Source: a virus (lineage: Duplodnaviria; Caudoviricetes). Taken from it: a stretch of 64,000 nt of DNA. Below the pieces are notes generated by a model. It worked only from the letters and a program-made list of their open reading frames with translations. It was not told the DNA's origin and did not search any database. The DNA lies in the IMG/VR virus record IMGVR_UViG_3300021400_001319, positions 13,098 to 77,097 of that record, one strand, 5' to 3'. Below, in pieces: positions 57,928 to 64,000 of the stretch; positions within the stretch are counted from its first letter, which is position 1, and every line of letters starts with the position of its first letter. A program made the translations under genes and the position numbers.

Positions 57928-59079
57928 TCACAGTGTCCACTGACCGAAGTATCTTCCAAGAACAGTAGCAACACCAAAGTGTCTCTGAACTTCATATGTC
58001 ATGATGTCAGATACATAGTCACCACGTTCTGTCTTCTCAAGAATGAGAGTATCGCCCTCGTCAACAAACTTAACGAACTTGCCTGCATCACCGATAACAG
58101 GGATGATCATAAGCTTTGTAGGATCGAAGAGCTTGTTAGGAAGAGCAGCACCAGAACCTGTGATAGGAAGCCTTGTAGCGAATCTGTTAGGAATCTCAAC
58201 AAGTCTTGTTCCCTCATAAATACCGATGTTTCCGGTATTCATAACATTGTCTTTCTGAGCGCTTGCAATAAGACTTCCGTTATATGTAACGTCAGCAATA
58301 GCAGAAATCTTTGCAAGGCCTGATCTTGTACCCATGATGATAACTTCTGCACCATCATTAGCAGCAGATACGTTCTCAATGATATCATCGAAAGCAGCCT
58401 TGGTTGAAGATGAAAGAGTACCTGTGCCTACAAATCCTGTCTGAACAGGAAGGGAAGCTGCAGCTGAAGTAACGTTTGAGTAAACCTCAGTCTGAATCTT
58501 AACCATGTATGCCCTTGCAATAGCATCAACAAGAGCTGTCCAGTCAACCTGGCCAACGATGTACTTATTGATGTCGGCACCAACCTTAACTACATACAGA
58601 GCTGTAGGAACAGAGATTGTCTGACCTGCAGGAAGTCTCTGGATGATGTGATCGTGATGAGATGTGCCAGCCTTTGCTACAGAAAGAACGGCATCGTTCT
58701 CGATGTAGAAATCTTGTCTGTCGCCGTAAGCGATATTTCTCTGGTCAACAAGCTCGTTGAACCACATATTGTCTGAGAAACCATATGCGATACTTGTATC
58801 AATGGTATCCTCGATGATGTCGAACCACTCCTTACCGTGGTCACGGAATCCTCTGCGAACCTGCTTCTTGTCATGCACGTTCTCAATTCCGAGAAGCTTA
58901 AGAGAGAACTGATAGATCTTATCGTTAGCTTCTTTCTTAGAAATGACTCTGTCTGTCTCTGCATCGTAGATTTCTCTTCCGAGAGCTACGTCCTGCATAA
59001 GATTGTTCATAGCGTCATAGTTTGTATTCATAGCGGCAAATACGCCATTTACATGCTCACTGAATGTTAAAAGCTTCAT
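57928..59079 (-). CDS. major capsid protein
   Basis: 383 aa, strongly biased high-expression codon usage, after the protease/scaffold and decoration genes. Confidence 0.85.
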   Translation of the reverse strand: MKLLTFSEHVNGVFAAMNTNYDAMNNLMQDVALGREIYDAETDRVISKKEANDKIYQFSLKLLGIENVHDKKQVRRGFRDHGKEWFDIIEDTIDTSIAYGFSDNMWFNELVDQRNIAYGDRQDFYIENDAVLSVAKAGTSHHDHIIQRLPAGQTISVPTALYVVKVGADINKYIVGQVDWTALVDAIARAYMVKIQTEVYSNVTSAAASLPVQTGFVGTGTLSSSTKAAFDDIIENVSAANDGAEVIIMGTRSGLAKISAIADVTYNGSLIASAQKDNVMNTGNIGIYEGTRLVEIPNRFATRLPITGSGAALPNKLFDPTKLMIIPVIGDAGKFVKFVDEGDTLILEKTERGDYVSDIMTYEVQRHFGVATVLGRYFGQWTL

Positions 59080-59101
59080 TACGTTCTACCTCCTTCCCTC
59101 A

Positions 59102-59590
59102 TCAACCTGAGATCTCGTCAACGATGTACTTCTGAGTAGAAGCATCGAAAGTAACTGTAGCACCATCAGCAAGAGTACCGGTGAAAGCATTCTCTGAAAG
59201 CTCAATAACATCACCAATGCAAAGAACTGCACCCTGGGTTACTTCGCCTGCAGCGTTATAGAAAAGAGCCTCTGCCTGCAGATCACGCTCGGGATACTCA
59301 CTTACGGGTGAGTTGTAAAGGTAAAGAACTTCCTCATCAGCGGGGAGTGCAGTTACCTCAACATACCAGTTACCATTTGCTGCCTGCTCATTAATTCTTC
59401 CAGCAAAACTTGCAGAAGGAGCAGCCTGCTCATACTGATCGAAACTTACATAGTCGCCACGGCCTGAAAGCATGCCGTTATCTGTGTTAGCATCGAGTAC
59501 GATATTGTAGACGTGTGAATACTGTCCCATCATAGAAGCAACCTTTACGGGGAAGCTCGCTACATGAGAGCCTTTCTGAATATCAATCAT
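59102..59590 (-). CDS. capsid decoration/stabilising protein
   Basis: ~162 aa, biased codon usage, between the scaffold and capsid genes. Confidence 0.65.
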   Translation of the reverse strand: MIDIQKGSHVASFPVKVASMMGQYSHVYNIVLDANTDNGMLSGRGDYVSFDQYEQAAPSASFAGRINEQAANGNWYVEVTALPADEEVLYLYNSPVSEYPERDLQAEALFYNAAGEVTQGAVLCIGDVIELSENAFTGTLADGATVTFDASTQKYIVDEISG

Positions 59591-59705
59591 GATATTTTCT
59601 CCTTTCAAAATTTGTAATAAAAAAGAGCCCCATTAAGGCTCAGTGAATGGTGGGTAGTTATCCCACAAACTCATATAGAAATGCGGTTTCGCCGCATACA
59701 TCTAT

Positions 59706-61307
59706 TTACTTCACAAACATTCCGCCATATCTGCCAACAGCTTTGACATTCTTAGGCGGGATGCGCACCATGCCAACAGAGGCAGGCTTAGTTGAAAACG
59801 CAACTTTCTTTGCTGCGTTAAGCAAAAGCTCGTCAGCTTTCTTCTTGGTATCTTCAACACTAAGATCAAAGTGACTCTCCTGAAGCTTAAGCTGTGCGAA
59901 CTCTTCACTATCAGCTATATAGCCGTAGTCAGCAGAGTTGAGGATTTCCATCTTCTTAGGCTCGTCTTCATACTTCTGAAGCTTTTCTGTAGCCTGAGCG
60001 TAATTGTTCTTAAGGTCATCCAGAGCTTTCTCTTCATCATCAGTAATATAACGTGCATGTACTGATACACGATCACCAACGAGAGAGTACTTACCGGAGC
60101 GAACCTTATAGGACTGCTTATAAGCTTTGCCTGTCCAGAAGTCCACCATGATAACTTCCTTAGAATCTGTGTAAACGTCTACATCATAGTAGGCATTGTC
60201 AGACTCTGAGTAGGTATCATTGACAAGCTGGCCGAGAGCGTAAAGCTCATCACGAAGACTCTGCTTAAAGGTATAGACCTTCTCACCAAATGTCACAGAC
60301 ATCTCAGCTGTATTTCCCTCTACAGGAGGTTCAGCTTCGGGTTCAGCAGGCTCTTCAGGTGTTTCCTCGGGCTTTTCCTCAGACTCTTCGGCAGGAGTCT
60401 CTTCCGCGGGAGTCTCTGTAGGAGTCTCTTCAGCAGGAGCTTCCTCAGTAACTTCTGGATTCTCAGAAGGTGTTTCAGCCGGAGTCTCTTCAACCGGAGT
60501 CTCAGTTACACCCTCAGTAGGAGTTTCCTCAAGCTCAAGTTCTAACTCTTTACCCATGTCTTCTCCTTTCTGTAGAGCAAAGTTCTCTACGGATTTATAT
60601 TTACTAAGCATCTCTTTCAAGAGCTTAATATCATAAGTAGTAAAACTATTAGAAAAGTCAGCAATGTCTAGCCTTGCGCCTTCCATACCTTCCTCGACAG
60701 CCTTTCCCGTCTCAGGGTCAGTGCCTAAACACGTAACGCCTACAACCTCAACGTCCTCAAGTACCAATTCTTTTTCCTTGGCATCATAAGACATTTCGTT
60801 GATTGCAAGCTCGGCTGATACTTTAGTACCGCCTTTTCTTTCGATTATTTCTGCAGCAGCAGTATATTCTCTTGGGATAGCACAGATGGCATACAGATAG
60901 TTCCTGTCTTTCTCCGCTTCATACTCAACTCTTGGTTCGTCAGCAGTAAAGCAGCCTATCGGAAATTCCTGATACTCTACATTGCCATCCTCATCAATCG
61001 TGAAGTCATGGCTTGTAAAATCCTTTACACCATCTATCTCACAGAAGTTTGCAAGGAGCGGTTTATAAGCTAGGTTCTTCTTGCACTTATTCATTGCATC
61101 CAAGGTAAGGTTTGAACCGTTCCTGTTTCTGCCAGTATGCATAATCTTTACTTCACCGTAGAGCGTATACTCATCACTCTTATGTTTGGCGTATACTGCA
61201 GGAACTCTTACCCTTAGAGAATATCCAGACTCGGAGCTGCTAAACTTTGACAACTTCCCGCTTTCACAGAAAGCCACAAGGTCTTCAAGTGTTAATATCT
61301 TTTTCAC
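59706..61307 (-). CDS. prohead protease-scaffold fusion
   Basis: N-terminal protease-like (MHTGRNRNGS, KPLLAN, VSAEL); E/T/P-rich low-complexity linker; helical C-terminus. Confidence 0.75.
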   Translation of the reverse strand: MKKILTLEDLVAFCESGKLSKFSSSESGYSLRVRVPAVYAKHKSDEYTLYGEVKIMHTGRNRNGSNLTLDAMNKCKKNLAYKPLLANFCEIDGVKDFTSHDFTIDEDGNVEYQEFPIGCFTADEPRVEYEAEKDRNYLYAICAIPREYTAAAEIIERKGGTKVSAELAINEMSYDAKEKELVLEDVEVVGVTCLGTDPETGKAVEEGMEGARLDIADFSNSFTTYDIKLLKEMLSKYKSVENFALQKGEDMGKELELELEETPTEGVTETPVEETPAETPSENPEVTEEAPAEETPTETPAEETPAEESEEKPEETPEEPAEPEAEPPVEGNTAEMSVTFGEKVYTFKQSLRDELYALGQLVNDTYSESDNAYYDVDVYTDSKEVIMVDFWTGKAYKQSYKVRSGKYSLVGDRVSVHARYITDDEEKALDDLKNNYAQATEKLQKYEDEPKKMEILNSADYGYIADSEEFAQLKLQESHFDLSVEDTKKKADELLLNAAKKVAFSTKPASVGMVRIPPKNVKAVGRYGGMFVK

Positions 61308-61322
61308 TTTGGGCTCCTTTCT

Positions 61323-61496
61323 TTAAACTGAGAGAAGATTGGTGTAAACCATCTTATGTCCCTCAGTGGAGAAGGCTAGCTTCCCATCATTCACAAAGGC
61401 GTAGGTCTTTCCCTCTTGTTTAATCAAAGTGAAGCCACTCGCCTTGAGAAGGTCAGCAGTCGTCTTCTCTTGGGTTAGTACAAATTTCTTCTTCAT
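61323..61496 (-). CDS. small hypothetical protein
   Basis: MKKKFVLTQEK... start at 61496. Confidence 0.55.
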   Translation of the reverse strand: MKKKFVLTQEKTTADLLKASGFTLIKQEGKTYAFVNDGKLAFSTEGHKMVYTNLLSV

Positions 61497-61824
61497 CCTT
61501 TTCTTCCTCGTAATCCTGCGCTTGCGTTTCGTAACCATAATCTTTTCTATAGTGTTTGCTTATAGCAATACAGTTTTGCAATCCCGCCTTGATTGCGTAT
61601 GATACAACTGTCACTTTAAAGATGTCAGATATGTTATCAATTACACTTTGTAAGGCAGTGCTATCAGGATAAATACATAACAAGATACATGAAAACAAAT
61701 AGACAGCCACAAATATTATTGTGACTGTCACGACTATCTTTTTTGAAAACTCCCACAACCATTTACGCTTTTCACGAACGGTCTGAGATTTGTCTTTAGT
61801 AGGAATTACTTTTATGTACTTCAT
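61453..61824 (-). CDS. two-TM membrane protein
   Basis: SD ggagg; hydrophobic IVVTVTIIFVAVYLFSCILLCIY and VTVVSYAIKAGL. Confidence 0.65.
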   Translation of the reverse strand: MKYIKVIPTKDKSQTVREKRKWLWEFSKKIVVTVTIIFVAVYLFSCILLCIYPDSTALQSVIDNISDIFKVTVVSYAIKAGLQNCIAISKHYRKDYGYETQAQDYEEEKDEEEICTNPREDDC

Positions 61825-61836
61825 GCACACCTCCTA

Positions 61837-63411
61837 CTAGGCGTTTCGGCTACGCTCCCCCGAGGGACTAAGGTCTTCTGGGTCTGACTCTGGGCGCCCC
61901 TCACCAACTTCACCTTGAACACCAGCAGTAGTATAAGAACTCTGCAATGGATGATTCATAAGAGTATTCAAGTGAAGCACTTCGTTTTCCAAGAACTCCA
62001 TAGCTAGAGCATCCTTCTCAGACACGCCGACCGTAGACATATAAGCCAGCCGAGTGCTGAATGAATGTTGTGCTGACGTAAGAAGCTCCTCAGAAAGATC
62101 CTTCTTGGTGTAAACAGACACCTCAAAGTATTTAACCTTGCAAGCATTGTCGCTTAAATCAAACTTAAGTTGCATATTGACCAGCCCCTCTATCTGGGGC
62201 ATCAAGCTTGATATTGCAAATTCCGTCTCGGCTTTCAACCAGATTTTCAGTGCCTCGTTTGAATTGACATTATTGGTATTAAGTACCGCGCCACCACCAG
62301 CAGTAGACAGAATAGTATTCTGAGATTGCTCATACCTATCCACATCTTTATCCGCGGCAGAGTCAGAGAAGTCCACGACATCAAGACCTTCGCCCGGAAC
62401 CATGGCAGCAGATACATAATCGGGAAGAGCATTATTGACCATCTTCGTAAAGTACTCATACATAAGGTCAGGGCTTATCTCAAAGTCATCTGCAAGCTTA
62501 GCACCCGACAATACCTTCATTGGAAGAGTAACAAGCTTATATATACTCTGTTCATCTGCAATGGCCTGATAGTCTGCCAAGTCCATAAGTGATGCAAGCT
62601 CCTGAAAGAGAGTAGCCATTGGAGGAATAATTAAATTCCAATCCGAGCTTCTGAACTTGAAGCAAGCAGCATATTCATCAGGCACTTGGATATACTTGAT
62701 GCCTGTTCTTTCATATTCTTTCCACATAGAAGAGAGTGGTTCACCAAGCCATTCAATAATTTGTTGACCCGTCTGACTACGGTACTTAGTCATATCAATT
62801 GCAAATGCAAAGTTACCAGTAAAATACTTGCCGACGATTATGCAGTAGGATGGGTCAAGAATATAAAAAAAGGACCCTGTCTCATCCTTAAAAAACAAGG
62901 AATAACATACGTCCTCTGTGTAGCATTTAACCGCCACGTCATACCAGTTACCTTGAATGTTATATCTCTCAAGGCAATCAAGGGTATCATTATAGGATTT
63001 CAGCATCTTAGCTGAATCACCGCCTTTGGTCAGATCATACTTCGGTATTACCTGCCTGCATCTTAAATCCCACATAGAGGCATACCACTGTACAATCCTA
63101 AAGTAAATCTGTGACCTATAATAAAGATACCTTGATACGTTAATAAGGTTAGTCTCGTTAGATGCAGGAGCCTGAAGATAGCCTCTGATAAGTTCCCTTG
63201 TATAGGCCGTCATTGATTTTGTTGAACGTCTATTAGGGTCTCTGAACTGCTTCATATTTTTCATAGCAGCATCATAGTTCTTTTTTACTCTTTCAGCGTC
63301 TTCTTTACGATACCGTTCCTTTATTGTGTTCACAGGCTGATTTGGTTTACCAACCGGTGTTGTTACTTTTCCTACAGAGGTGCCATTAGCACCAGAGTTT
63401 TTCCTAGCCAT
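61837..63411 (-). CDS. portal protein
   Basis: 524 aa, immediately after the terminase and before the protease. Confidence 0.8.
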   Translation of the reverse strand: MARKNSGANGTSVGKVTTPVGKPNQPVNTIKERYRKEDAERVKKNYDAAMKNMKQFRDPNRRSTKSMTAYTRELIRGYLQAPASNETNLINVSRYLYYRSQIYFRIVQWYASMWDLRCRQVIPKYDLTKGGDSAKMLKSYNDTLDCLERYNIQGNWYDVAVKCYTEDVCYSLFFKDETGSFFYILDPSYCIIVGKYFTGNFAFAIDMTKYRSQTGQQIIEWLGEPLSSMWKEYERTGIKYIQVPDEYAACFKFRSSDWNLIIPPMATLFQELASLMDLADYQAIADEQSIYKLVTLPMKVLSGAKLADDFEISPDLMYEYFTKMVNNALPDYVSAAMVPGEGLDVVDFSDSAADKDVDRYEQSQNTILSTAGGGAVLNTNNVNSNEALKIWLKAETEFAISSLMPQIEGLVNMQLKFDLSDNACKVKYFEVSVYTKKDLSEELLTSAQHSFSTRLAYMSTVGVSEKDALAMEFLENEVLHLNTLMNHPLQSSYTTAGVQGEVGEGRPESDPEDLSPSGERSRNA

Positions 63412-63424
63412 TCGGCATCCTCCT

Positions 63425-64000
63425 TCATCTTTTTATTTTTCCCTTACGCATATACATTAAATCAAGTATCTGCTGGGCATTACTTGTTTGTGGCTTTAAC
63501 TGAGTATTTAATATTTGAACTATTGCGTTGTTATAGAGCATAGAAGAATATCTATCCTTTCTCATGCCACTATGTTCTTTTAGCCTAACTTTGTTGTTCA
63601 CCACTTCATGATCCAAGTTAATAGCTTCATTAACAAGAAGCGATGTTTGAACATAAGGCATAAGTATTTCTGTTTGTTCCTTCTCTGAAAGCGTTGAAAA
63701 CGAAGGTATCTTCTTTGCAACTTCTGCGCCGTCATGGCTATCAACAAGAAGATTGATCTCGCCATTCTTAAGGCTTGTTCTGAGTGCAGTAGCAGCATTT
63801 GAATTAAAGTCCGCACTAGCCTTAATACACCATACACATTTACGCGCATTTCTTACTTTGCATCGTTCCGCCATTTCTGGGCTATTACATGAAGTAAGAG
63901 CACCATACGTTTCTCCTGTTTCAGGATCATATTGGTCTTTGATGATGTAATCCACGACTCCAATTCCCAGCCCTTGGCAGCCCAGCACCAGATCGGTGCA
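63425..64000 (-). CDS. terminase large subunit, C-terminal nuclease domain (partial)
   Basis: LVLGCQGLGIGVVD, GEINLL, RKDRYSSMLY motifs; runs off the window end. Confidence 0.85.
   Translation of the reverse strand, partial: CTDLVLGCQGLGIGVVDYIIKDQYDPETGETYGALTSCNSPEMAERCKVRNARKCVWCIKASADFNSNAATALRTSLKNGEINLLVDSHDGAEVAKKIPSFSTLSEKEQTEILMPYVQTSLLVNEAINLDHEVVNNKVRLKEHSGMRKDRYSSMLYNNAIVQILNTQLKPQTSNAQQILDLMYMRKGKIKR

Noticed and set aside
59650-59700. Hairpins between the scaffold and decoration genes as a c-di-GMP riboswitch
   Set aside because: They lack the GEMM consensus; most likely mRNA stabilising or terminator elements.

Overview
A 64-kb segment of a large temperate siphovirus genome. 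Its module layout resembles SPbeta/phiCD211-like phages, and the host is probably a Clostridiales/Lachnospiraceae-type Firmicute (inferred from SD motifs, sigma-A promoters and gene content). The + strand (1-9.9 kb) carries SSB, a tRNA-Gln and a tRNA-like RNA, initiator/loader/primase-helicase, a cysteine desulfurase, a SleB-like hydrolase, dUTPase and a tyrosine integrase, followed by an intact attP whose core is a tRNA 3' end. The - strand (10-64 kb) carries the late region: terminase, portal, protease/scaffold, capsid, neck, tail, tape measure (TMP), baseplate, tail fibres, holin(s) and two endolysins. The ORF track misses several features. (1) A 652-nt group I intron splits the TMP (spliced length 4012 aa) and carries, instead of a homing endonuclease, what looks like a complete type I toxin-antitoxin cassette; this is the most striking find. 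(2) A second group I intron with a LAGLIDADG gene splits a neck gene. (3) A second, related type I TA cassette and a third small-membrane-protein cassette lie in the tail region. (4) A serine recombinase sits beside four short cassettes, two of them start-less and inverted (candidate shufflon), bracketed by lox-like palindromes. (5) The LL-H-type holin has an in-frame ochre codon. All assignments come from reading motifs by eye; no database searches were run.
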